This document shows positions 36,130 through 48,100 of a stretch of DNA of 53,390 nt, one piece after another (within the stretch, counting starts at the first letter, position 1; each line of letters begins with the position of its first letter). Source of the DNA: Nemertoderma westbladi (taxonomy: Eukaryota > Animalia > Xenacoelomorpha). The notes below the pieces were generated by a model, which was not told the origin of the DNA, searched no databases, and saw nothing but the letters and a program-made list of their open reading frames with translations. The stretch covers positions 1 to 53,390 of the forward strand of contig JAUCBJ010000489.1 of the NCBI GenBank assembly GCA_032718475.1. The letters run 5' to 3'. The position numbers and the translations under genes are program-made.

Positions 36130-38261
36130 CTAGTTTTCCATGAATGTGTTGGCAAAATGATGTTCTCCATAGTTTATTGTAAGTTCCTCACACGCCGCAA
36201 TATCACATGCAGCAGCAATAAGCACGATATTACCAAATGGCATCGCAATACAGTTCTCAGCCTTAGGGTCATGGTTTAGTAAGCTTGCACATGGATAAAT
36301 ATCAGTTAGTTTTTTCAGAGGATCGCCATTTTCTCCAAAGGCATTTATATTCAATACCCGAAGTATATAATCGCTATTGACAGCATTCTTGTCTACATTT
36401 GAACATAAAATCTCCGGATTCTGTGGTAAATAGGGCAACATGTCAGATGTGTTTAGTTTACAGCTGAGCATACAACTGATATCTTCAATCAATGGAAGCT
36501 CCTCTTTGTGAACACGCATGTCTTCTCTGGATTCAAGTAGTAATAACTTCTTTACTGCCAGCCCATCGTATTTACAAAGACCAAGAAGTTTTCCGATGGA
36601 TTCCATTTTTGAATTACAAAACATTGTGCGGGTGTCATGATTACACAAAGTAACTGAGCTTGTCTTCTCTTTGTTAAAGTCAAATTCGCCATGCACGAGA
36701 GAATGTTCGTGCAAAACAATGTCATATTCTTTCAATGGTATAACGGAAACGATTCCTCTACCTTTGTTGGCTATGTAAACTTGCTTTATAGATTTTGATG
36801 CAAAATCATTAGACCAGTCCTTTTTAACATCTTTTAAGAATTTCATTAATAGTAAAGAAGTTTCGCCTTTTTTCGCCAAATGATTCATTATCCCAACATC
36901 AACAGGGTGATGTTTAAATAACATCTGATAAAATGTTACCATATTATAAGGTTTATGAATATTTTCATAAGCATTGCTAAGTAGTTTCAGTTGAATTTCA
37001 CCAGACACATTAGATGCTGTTACCTTAGACAACCCTATTTCCCCAACAATAGCAAAAACTTTAGATATTATGTAGAATGATTTCTCACGTACAACTTTAT
37101 CTTTCAGTTCAATTCGCAAACAGGCGCTCGCAGCCGCAATAGCAGTGTGGAATATCTGAAGTTTCATACAAACCAGAGCTATGTTGTTCAAAATAACAGA
37201 AATACCTTTCGAGTTATTAACTAACACAGATGTGTACTGAATTTTTGCCTCAATATAATCGCCTTGTTTATAAGCATCATTACCTTGTTTTTTAGAACCT
37301 CTGCAACCAGCGGTATCAGGAAATCTTGATACAAATATCGACAACATCTCCCAAAGACCTCTTATAGCCATATCATCGGTTTCTTTAAATCCCAAACTAC
37401 TCATAGCTCCCTTGTAACGAGCTAAAGCCTTGTCATTTCCTGGTTCAAACACTAACACAGCTGCAGCATCCAGAAGAGCATCTTTGTATTCGCCAAGTTT
37501 AATTTCTGTCCGAGCCCGATTATTAAGGACATCCTTGGTAGTGGAGCACATCTCGCTTTTTATACCTTCCATATAAACATCAAGTGCTGCGATGTAATCT
37601 TTAGACATAAAATGTCCCTTCCCCTTAGCTCTTATCTCATCAAGAGTTGATCCCTCATGCATGTCTATTATAACAAGATCAGATGGTGAATCCACACGAA
37701 TGCCGCGAGCTCCATCAGTAAATATTTTATAATAGGGCTCCGTAATTCTCACATTTGTTCCGGCAGGATATTTTATATCTGCCATTTCCATTAAATCCCC
37801 TTTTAAAGATGTCAAAAAATTATACAAAGCAAGTTGGGTTACATCTCCCATGGTATCTTCCATCAAAGTTGTGATGCCAACAGAAACAGTGGGCTCAACT
37901 ATGAATGTTCCCTCAATAAAATATCCTTGAGCAATTTCAAACAGTTTAAGGTCTTTAATAAATATTTTACTTAAATGAGAAAAATCGTGGGTGGCAAATT
38001 TTGTGGATGATCCCGAAATGATATGTGATTCTTTGTGTCCACCACTAGTACTGTGAAGCAATGCCTCCCGATAACCAGAGGATCTCACCATCCCAGCCCT
38101 TAATCTCATCATTGCAGCTGTTTCAATATATTGTTTTCTGTGTCGAACTGCACCCCATTCAGAAATCTGCTCAATAATAGTACAAACCAATGCCTTGGAA
38201 CAATCAATACCACAGTAAGACTTTATTAACTCACTTAATATCCGTTGGTTTTCATCAACAC
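36130..38261 (-). CDS. TPR + SET domain protein (putative lysine methyltransferase), large exon
   Basis: 686-aa ORF, extendable to a cccacag acceptor at 38262. N-terminal EDTMGDVTQLALYN...EPYYK...IRVDSPSD domain, two TPR blocks, SET motifs KGRGIVS, ASLLNHD and EELTINYG. Confidence 0.85.
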
Positions 38262-38583
38262 CTGTGGGTTTAGCAGCAAAAGAGTGGAGACATTATTAGC
38301 TCATAAAATAAATACTCTGCACATGACCTACCATATCTTTCTATCTATAATATGTACACTGCACTGCAGCCACCTTAAGAATGCTATATCGGATTATTGA
38401 CATAATTGCGCCATCTCAAATCCCTATGGGAATCGAATCCCTATGAGTTCGGCTAGCACGGATAATAAGTCTTACCATAGCCAACAAGGGGATGATTACG
38501 TGAAGAAGCAAAGAGAAAAACCAGTGTACATGTACAGAGCTCCTGTATTTCTTATGGAACAGAATATGGTCTACTTATGGGAC

Positions 38584-40620
38584 TTATGAACTACTACTAC
38601 TACTACTACTATTACTACTACTAGGATCGGCATGCTGCATTGCAGCTGCGTTTTTAGAATGCTGTGCCGGCTTGTTGACAAAATTGCACCACCACAACTC
38701 CCTATCACCCATGACATTTGCTAGATTATCCGCATTTATAAGGCCAGTGTCCTTTAAGATGCGTTTTAAGAAAGTCATGGGCTGTCCACCATGCTTATTC
38801 ACTCCATGAGGCTGCCAAAGTACAAGATTATGCACTGGCTGGTCCTCACGGCGAAAGCAATGTCCTGCAAAGCGGGGGCGATTTTGTTCTAGTGTCAAGC
38901 ATGGAGGAACCAATGAGACTCCTCCAATGTTATATAGTCTCTGGTTGGAGATGTGTACATTGTACTTGACACAATGAACCCAGCGTAGCCTTCTTGTGAA
39001 TGTGCCATCCACAGATTTGGTGTCCTCCGCAGTTAGAGCCCAGCATGGACTCCCATAGAGGAGAACTGGAACTACTGCTGCTCTAAATAATCGGACCTTA
39101 AGTTTCCGATTAATTATCGGTGACTTCCAAATCCTGGAAAGCCTATTCAAGGCTGCCCATGCCTTTCCCTTACGTATTCGAAGGTCCTCACCTGACTTCC
39201 GGATCCATGATCCCAGGTAACAGAAGTCGTCCACATGCTCAAGCATACCATCCTTTGAGCTTATGCTCATCCGATCAGAGACTTGCTGAGAACTTTCAAA
39301 GTTAACTGTCAGAATTTTGGTCTTTCTGGAGTTAATAAAAAGACCAACACTAGAAGCAGCATGTTCTAATGAGCTGAGGAGCCGTTGGGCTCCCTCTAAT
39401 GATTCTGAGAGTACTCCTAAGTCATCAGCAAAGTCTAGATCAGTTAGGTACTTGGCAGGATTTCCTCGACTTCTGGAGCCAGTAGGTGGAGTTATCATCA
39501 CCCCATCATCATTATAATGATCTAAGGACATGCGTAGAACATAGTCAACCACAATAATGAACAAGAATGGTGCAAGTGTGTCTCCTTGGAGGACGCCCCA
39601 TAACACTTCAAATGGTTCTGTGTCACCATCAACAGTAGACACAAATGTTGTCGAACCATCGTATACTGATCTGATTGCTGCAATAATTTCATCTGGAATC
39701 CCATATAATGAAAGTATGCTGAACATACGTGAGCGAGAGACTGAATCAAAGGCCTTGAAGAAGTCAACAAAGATAACAGCCAGATGCCAGAAGCCAGACA
39801 GCCAGATGTCTTTCTTTATTGATAACTCTTCAATTATCCTTCTAAGTGCCAAAATGGGCTCCATGGTCCCGCGACCTTTACGGAACCCATTCTGATTTCC
39901 ACGGAGCAGTCTTTCAATGGGATCCTGATGCGATTTAGTAGAATTCTATTGTATAGCTTTGCAGCAATTGAGATCAATGAGATTCCCTGAAAAGAACCAT
40001 AGAGTGTTAGGTTGCCCTTCTTGGGAACTGGCACCAACTTATTTGTTTTCATTTCTTGTGGGACTCTTGTTGTTCGGTACATGTCTACTACGATGGGATA
40101 GATGAGCTTTAAACACTCAGGTATTTTAAAGACCTCAGGGGGAACACCATCTACTCCACTGGCACGTTTGGTCTTAATGCTCTTTGCAGCAGCCTTCACT
40201 TCTGCAAAGGAGATATCGCCAATGGGAATATCTGGGAGTACAGACTCAGACACTTTTACTTCTATAAAGTTATCAGGCAATACCCTGTCATTATTGAGGA
40301 GTTTTTCAAAGGAGCCTTCCAACCATTGAGGCGATCGGCTGGTGATAGAGCCTTAACCTTGGTGGTTGGTTGGCTTAACTGCATTCTTGGCCGCTGTAGT
40401 CTGTTTGAGTCGGGACTCTTTATGTGCCTTATAGAGGACATTTCGGCACTTCTGAATTTTGTTGTCAATCCAAGGGGCCCTTTTCCTGTTTCGAGGGTAT
40501 ACAGGAACTGAATTTATGAACACTGGATACAGTATGAGCCCAAAGCTTTCCTGATCGATCGCCTTGTTGCAAAGGAAGTTACCTGAACCTACTCTAGAGA
40601 CTTGCCTCAGGTTCACCAAT
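38584..40620 (-). mobile_element. RTE-type LINE, 5'-truncated and frameshifted, with an (AGT)n tail
   Basis: ASGVDGVP, VPVPKKG, FVDFFKAFDSV, GVLQGDTLAPFLF, DFADD and YLGS motifs; frameshift near 39900; (ACT)n at 38590-38623. Confidence 0.9.
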
Positions 40621-41710
40621 GGTTGGTTAGTCTTAGTGGAACTGTGTTAGCGGATTCAATCCACTATGAGCTCCAACCAAAATGGGCGGGGGGGGGGGGC
40701 AATTCACCAATATTGGCCGGAAGTACCAGAAGTGCCGGAAATGACATATAAGCAGGAGAAAGGAGAGATGACGTAGCTAGAATAGGGCAAGCTGGTAGGT
40801 AGACCAATCAGTCACCTACAGTGAGCCAGGGGCCAACACAGCGCAAGGGAAAGCTATGCGGTATGATCAGTATGATGACCAATGGGATGGGGCATTGTAC
40901 TGTAACTGTATCAACCCATAGGCCACCATTATTGGTGCATTGGCCTAATGGCAGCTATTTTGTCAGCTATAGCTAGGCCACATTCTGCATTAGCACCACC
41001 ATTGCATTGTTACTACGCAACCGTTGTTTAACTACCATAGGCTACCAGTATTAGTGCAATCAGATAACTACGAACATTAACATCTAGATCAAACAAACTC
41101 TAGTTATTAGACTGGCCTTACGGCCAGAGCTAGACAATTACATTGTTATCTACAATAAGATAACAGCCGGGGCAGCGCATGGTAAAACAGCCCTACAAAA
41201 GTCGAACGGTCGGGTTCCCATCACAATATGAGAGCAATTTCCAATTCCAGAATCGCTAACCCACTCACAACTGGCATCCCTGGTGACCGAGGCTTTGGGC
41301 CTGAAGGGACATAAGGAAAGAGTCTCGATTAATTGCTGGCCACACTCTCCCTCCTATAGGGGGTAAGACAGACACATTTTTATCCGGTTTTTCCACTGGC
41401 ACTGTTGCAATCCATAGGTGGGTTTAGTGTTTGCCGAGTCAGCTCAAGGTCAAACACCCTGGCAGGGAAGGGAGTCTTGTGTTACGGAAGGGTGGACTGT
41501 CTCCCAAGCAGGGAGGTAGGTAGGCAGGCGGGCTTTCAGTCGGAAATAATATTAAGGCCGCCTCTGTACCCTTTAACTTAAACGCTAAATTAACTACCAC
41601 CTACCTTGCTGTACAACCAAACAAACAAAACTAACTAATACAATCGGAATGCTACGGTGATGGCTCCACTCTGTGACTGCCACAACACAAACATTGGTAG
41701 TTTCTCCAAC

Positions 41711-41906
41711 CTCCTTCTCCACCATAAAGACCTGAGTAGGTCATTGCCCGTCCAAGAACTGTATCGCGAAACGATTTAAGCATTGTTTTCTGTGCGTCGA
41801 CCCCCAGTGTTTTAAACATCACAGAAGTTTCTTCTCGGCAATATGAATTCAAAACCACTTTCCATTTTACATCATCTAACACGTCGTCATTTTGGGATAC
41901 CGCCAT
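41711..41906 (-). CDS. Probable first coding exon of the TPR-SET gene
   Basis: ATG-initiated MAVSQNDDVLDD...YGGEG; a phase-1 G|gttgga donor is compatible with the acceptor at 38261. The donor is weak. Confidence 0.5.
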
Positions 41907-42400
41907 TGTTCAATATTTATCAGTAAGCAATAGTGAAATTTTATCTACTTTCGTTTCGTTGAATATATCATTATTCATACAATAGATAATCTACACACAA
42001 AGCGACAGCAAATCAGAGACTACTAAACCCAGAGATCCAAGAATAGGTCTGCAACTCCCAAATCCAAGAAGATTTTGCAACATAATTTATTTGGGGAACT
42101 GTTAATGTCCATGAAACATAATAAAGAGACAATGATACTGTTCTTCTAACATTTCGCAGGTTTCCACTTATAAGTTGAAATTTACTGGGAATTATTGTAC
42201 TCTATATAGGAAGATTATTTATTTCTTTAAATTCCTCCTGATTTATGTGCCCATGTGCAGTATACCAGACTTTCTGCCGTTATATTTCACTTTGCAGTAT
42301 ACACCAATGCAAGAATATCAGATTTTTACTAAAAACCATCTACAGAAGTGCTAAATCAAACAAAAACAATAAACGAATTAGTATATGTACAGATTATAAG

Positions 42401-42794
42401 GCCCATGTGAAGTATACCAGACTTTCTGCCGTTATATTTCACTTTGCAGTTACCCCCCTGTGAAGACAGAAATAAGCGCTATAAAAAACTTAATAAGAAG
42501 AAATTTGTAAAATACAAATTCTTCATATATAAAATTCCAGTAGAATTTCGACCTAAAAGTGAAAACCTGACAATCTTCATCGTGACAAACTGCAAAGTGA
42601 AGGGCTGAATGTAACCAAAACAATAAACGAATTAGTATATGTACAGAGTATAAGACAGAAATAAGCGCTATAAAACACTTAATAAAGATAAATTTCAAAA
42701 AATAAAAATCTTCATATATAAAATTACAATAAAAAGTCGACCGAAAAGTGAAATCCTGGTATTCTTCACATCGGCGGTATTCTTCACATGGGCG
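42401..42794. mobile_element. Small TIR element with a duplicated left end (42249)
   Basis: GCCCATGTGAAGTATACC ... GGTATTCTTCACATGGGC. Confidence 0.55.
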
Positions 42795-42871
42795 GGTTCT
42801 CATATAGAAATTATAATTTTATTTTTATTTTATTCGAAAATATGCATATGGAATAAATCAATGCTATTCGT

Positions 42872-43125
42872 AAACTATAAGCCGAAGTTATACGCTACAA
42901 ACTATAAGCCCAAGTTATACGCTACAAACTATAAGCCGAAGTTATACGCTACAAACTATAAGCCGAAGTTATACGCTACAAGCTATAAGCAATGCCAAGT
43001 TAGATAATTCCAATTATTGGTTAACTGAAAACCGAAATGAATTAGGTAATTCCAATTATTGGCTAACTGAAAACCGAAATGAGTTAGATAATTCAAATTA
43101 TTGGCTAACTGAAAACCGAAATGAA
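42872..43125. repeat. Adjacent 27-bp and 42-bp tandem repeats
   Basis: AACTATAAGCCGAAGTTATACGCTACA x4; TTAGATAATTCCAATTATTGG.TAACTGAAAACCGAAATGA x3. Confidence 0.85.
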
Positions 43126-43280
43126 AAAAAAACATAATTTCAATTTACAAGGAATTTGGCAATGTTGTTGACTAACTCAACACTTCCAGCTGAGAGGGAC
43201 TAACCATAACCCAGCGCTGACCATTAATATGAGAACAATAAGAATAGTAGGCCTGCGTCACCTGTATTAGAGGATGTGTG

Positions 43281-44136
43281 TGTGGGGCGAGCCACGAAAG
43301 TAAGCGAGCTTAGCATACGGGTATCACTATCTCAACCTGCATGTCTGTTGTTCTGTCGTTCTGTCGTTCTGTAGATCCGTGTTTTTAAGCGTTAATAACT
43401 CCGCTAATCCTCGATAAAATCTAACCAAACTTGGTACACATGTTCTTTTGCAAAAGTTAATAAATTTTCCATATAGAATTTGCGTGGAATCTTGTATGCT
43501 AGTTATTTTGGTTGACCAAATGTACAGGACGAGTACAACGATGGTTGTAATGATAATGAAGACGTGTCTATGCTGACTATAATCCTAATAACGAGTAATG
43601 TTTTGACAATATTCGTAAACTACATGGTTTAGAATATTTTACGATATGTTATTTTATCCAATACTAATAATGGAATGTTGTGAGATACAGTGTACATTTG
43701 GTGACCAGGTTGTTCACGACGAACGCAACGAGATTTGTAGTGGATACGAGTATCCATCTGCCACAAATCAGCAATTAACCGCACAGCTTCGAGATTTTGC
43801 ATAGTTATAAAGATCGTCAGTCAGCGTTTAAGAAAAAAGAAAAAAATTGATTCAAAACTGGTCGAGCGCAACGAGGAGAATGAAGGAGAAGAGTATGGTA
43901 AAACGAAAAATGTCATACTTAACTTAAATAGCCCTAGTTAGTAGGTTTACAAATGACAGTTAAAGCATTTAAGGGTAAACTGAAATGTACCTCTGTTTTT
44001 TCAACCAATTTAACGCAAACTGAAAGCATCGCCATCATTCATTGCTAATTTGGGAATGACGGTCTTTGTTATCTAATAGAGATTAGTACACTTTCTTATA
44101 TAGACTCTCGTGCTGCGCGAAGGCCCCATATCGTGT
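43281..44136 (+). mobile_element. Non-autonomous Crypton/Helentron-type element, related to 7487-8745
   Basis: Shared termini, (TTCTGTCG)n microsatellite and ACCAAACTTGGTACA motif. Confidence 0.65.
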
Positions 44137-45124
44137 CAAAAGTACATAGTAAAAAGTAGAATGAGGTAGGTAGAATGATCAAGAATGAGTTTTATTGTTT
44201 CATATGAGTTTCATTTAAACTAAAAAACTAAGCTAAAAACCTACCAACTCGCGTAAAACTCAACCACTCGGACATAATAGTTGAATTTCGCTAAATTGAA
44301 AATGAGTGAAAAACAGCGGTGTTTTCCGCTTACTTTTTTTTATTGAATAATAGTCCTGTATTGAACAAAAAATAACCTAGAACGACCTCGAGTGAGGAAG
44401 ACAGACCGACCTCCTGTACAATACTTCAATGTAGAAGAAGTACATTATATAGGCCTATCAATGAATCAATAAACATTATACCCAGGAATAAAAATACTCT
44501 GCCTCTATAATTATTAATATAGTATATAACGAGAGAAAGCCGCCCCAATATTAGATTATTACAACAACATATCCATTGGGTAAGAAAGTGGAGGAGAGCC
44601 AGCCCGACTCCCAATTTTTTCGTTTATATTACGTGATAAATTTTCACTCATCTCGTCATGAACACAACATGTATGTAACCTTTTGTTAAATTTGTTGGCT
44701 ATGCGTTTGCGGCTGTTTGGGCGGGGTGTGGTAGGCCTACACTTTTCACACTGAAACATTTTGGTTGTGAAATGTTCAGGGCACAGCGATCAGAGATATT
44801 TTATATATATTTTATTATGAGAGGAAGAAGAACATACAACGTTATTTACTATATTATATGTAACGAAATAATTGTTTTCGGGTTTGGAAGCCTCCCCAAA
44901 TAGTTGATATACGATTATATTTAAAATTATTTCGATGGTCATGGTCATTCACCCGTCTTTAGTTAGAAATTTGTTTCCATGAAAGACAGTTTAGTTTAGT
45001 TTTTAATGATTTATTATCTCTTATCTGACTGGGGTAATAATAAAGGATAGGATAAATGGATGCAAAGTGTGACAGTAACAATTATTTCCCTGACAACCTA
45101 GCATGTCTTAAGTATATGATATAT

Positions 45125-48100
45125 CAAAGGGGGAAGTTTGGATTCACTGCATAAATGCAGTTCACCAAACTTCCCCCGAATGCACACTGTAACTTCCCCC
45201 TTCCCACAAATATCCACTGTTGAATTAATTTGAAGCGATATAATAAGTACAAAATTGTGCGAGTTTTTAATTGTGTGGTCCAATTGTTATTTGATCTCTA
45301 TTTATTATTTAAAGTGCATTTAATATCACACTGGTTTTTAGAATATTATACTATACAACCTTATGTTTTATTAATTTACCCAATCGAAGCCTCATAAGGG
45401 CCGGTTATTTTTGTACGCATATCCCCTAATGCGCTCAGTAAGGTTCAAACAACATATTAATATGAAAATAAAGTATCTGCAAAGAAAATAACCCAATACT
45501 ATATAATTTGACCTTATTAAAAAATTTGCACTTTTGCACACTTATTTGTACAAGTGCACTTTAGCAGATCGTAATGGTGGCTCTTATTTAACAAACTTAT
45601 GTTTATCCTCTACCGATCTACGATGGTGTATGATCAAGTGTCAGTCGCTAAAAGTGTCAAAAATCCAATTTAATAAATCTCGATATTTGCGATTTTTGAC
45701 CATATTCATGGACATTTTAAGTCACTTTATAGACATAAAAAGTTAAACAAATGTTACGATTATAGTTAGAAATCATTCCAAACTACATTTTAATCCAAAA
45801 AATAACATTCTACGATGAATAGAACTGGAAATAATAGTGTTTGAACTATCGAAAAAATGTTCACTATTTAAGTGCATTTTGCACTAAGTGTACATAAGTC
45901 TTTTCCTAAGTTTTATCCTATTTCACACACTACAATCTATCCTCTATCCAATGAAAAAAGTTTCAGATTAAACGGCCCTGTAGACCCGAAGTTATTTGTG
46001 TTTAAAAATAGTCACTCGAAAATTTCAAATTCTCTTGGTCACATAGTCTAGTGGTTATCAATCACGTTAATGAAACCTAAATTCGCGGGTTCGAAATCCA
46101 ATATTGACCTGACCATTCTTAATTTTTTTGCAAAAAAAATTATTTTTATTTTTTCACTAAAATCGCTCTAACTTCGGTTCTGGTGGTCCAAATTCAATAA
46201 AATTGGTATATTCTTTGCTGTAATTTTTTTCTTAATCTTTTGAGAAGGGGTTATTTTTGGCCCCAAAAAAATTAACAAAAAAGGGCCAAAATAACGCGAT
46301 ATTTTTCGACCCTTAAAATTCGTAATTTTAATTATATATGTTAAGATAAAAGATAGCGGAGTTAATTTGATACTTTTTACAGGTACTTTTGGCGCAATAC
46401 GCTAAATTATAATGGAATAGCGATTTGTTAAAAAAAAAAATTTTTCGTCCCTTTTTATAAAAATTATATTTCACACGATCGCCTGCCGCTCCAGTTTTAT
46501 AATACCTCCGGCGCTGTGATTAACGCTGTTAGATTGATAATTTAACGCACTATAAGTCTGTGTAAACAAATCTCCCGTAAGTTAAGTAGTTTTCGAGCTA
46601 GACGATTTCCCGCGAAGCAAGTTTGAAGCGCGAAATTATAATTTTGGCCCTCATTTTTTTAATATCATCCTTGGAGCAAAACCGATAACATATTTGAATT
46701 CCCCGTATGGATATTGACTGTATAGAATGTACCTTAACCAACTAAAGTTAAAAATAAAAAATTATTCGATAAAAACTACTTTACAAATTCTGGCCCTTTT
46801 TGGCCCCTATTGCCGACATATTTTTTGTACCCCCATTCGATAGGAACGTAGCCCCAATGGTCTTCTACGAGTTTCATAAAAGAATTAGTGGATTCCTACC
46901 CGCGTTGTCGAATTAAACATTTCGGAAATAAGTTTTCCAAAAAAGACGGACAAAAACGTACAAATTTACAGCCCCTTTTTCCACCCGAAATTTTAATAAA
47001 TCTCTTACCCCCATTCGATACGAAGGTAGTACCACTCTTCCCCTTTCCAACCGCGTTACTTTCGTCCCCGTACGATTAATATTAGCCGAGTTATAGCGGA
47101 TCCCGCAAAGTCATTTTGTCCGTTTTTTCAACTTTGACGGACATTTTCGGAAAAAAGGCGTGGTAATCTTTTTTGAAAAAAAAAACGAATTCACTAATTA
47201 ATCCCTTCTATCGTATCCCGGCGTCGGCTAAGCAATAACCTAGGGTTTTTTCGAGCCACTGTAGAGCGCCTTTCAAAAAAATTTTAAAATTGTCGAAAAA
47301 ATGACGGTTTTTTGTCCGTCGTGTCCGTCGAAGGGTTAGATTTAATAATGTTAGAGTTGCTAATATCTTAGAATTCCGAGCCGCTCCCCTGGTGAGAAAA
47401 TAAAAAAATTTGGTCAGTTCCTTCATCGAAAAGTCCCCCAGAATCCCAAGTTAACCTATATAGTTAGCGATGGCCTGCGGCTTTAGGAGCGGCCGCGGTA
47501 TTCACCTCCCTCATAGCGGCCGCGGCGGTGTTGCGTCAAATGGAGAAATATTTATCCCACCAAGGTGGGCCCCTCAATGAAAATATACTTAGAGAAAGAC
47601 CACGAGGTAAAGGGAAAAGTGATGGAGGGAAGAGGAAATATATGGGGTATGGGTCGAAAGACACGATGAGGGAAGAAAAGCTGATCTCGTTAATTTTATA
47701 TTACTTGTTATTTTAAGTAATATATTTTTGCTCCGACTGAATGCTTGCTCTATAGTCTATATACTGGTTACCCATGAATATTAATATATACTACATTATC
47801 GTTTGTACATAATACGAAGTCTGTAAGTTATAGTTACTGAAACATTTCAGCTCTGAAATTATAATATATGAATCGAGGCTGTATTTGTTACGATCTACAT
47901 AGAATATATAGGTTATTGAAACCGTTATATTGTGACGATGGATTATAGGTTTCTTTCACTGGTAAATCCCTATAAATGTTGAAGTAATAAAATTTAATTC
48001 CAGAACCAAAGTTTGAAGGTCTGCATTTTATACCACTCATAGCTTAGAAATTGTACAATGTATTGTCAATCTGAGTGAAGTCGTATAGGTTCAACGAACC

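Noticed and set aside
42872-43125. Short repeats as a CRISPR array
   Set aside because: Contiguous tandem units without spacers.
44559-44790. THAP-like SLCPEHF motif on the minus strand
   Set aside because: Single short motif after a stop codon; other THAP residues not found.
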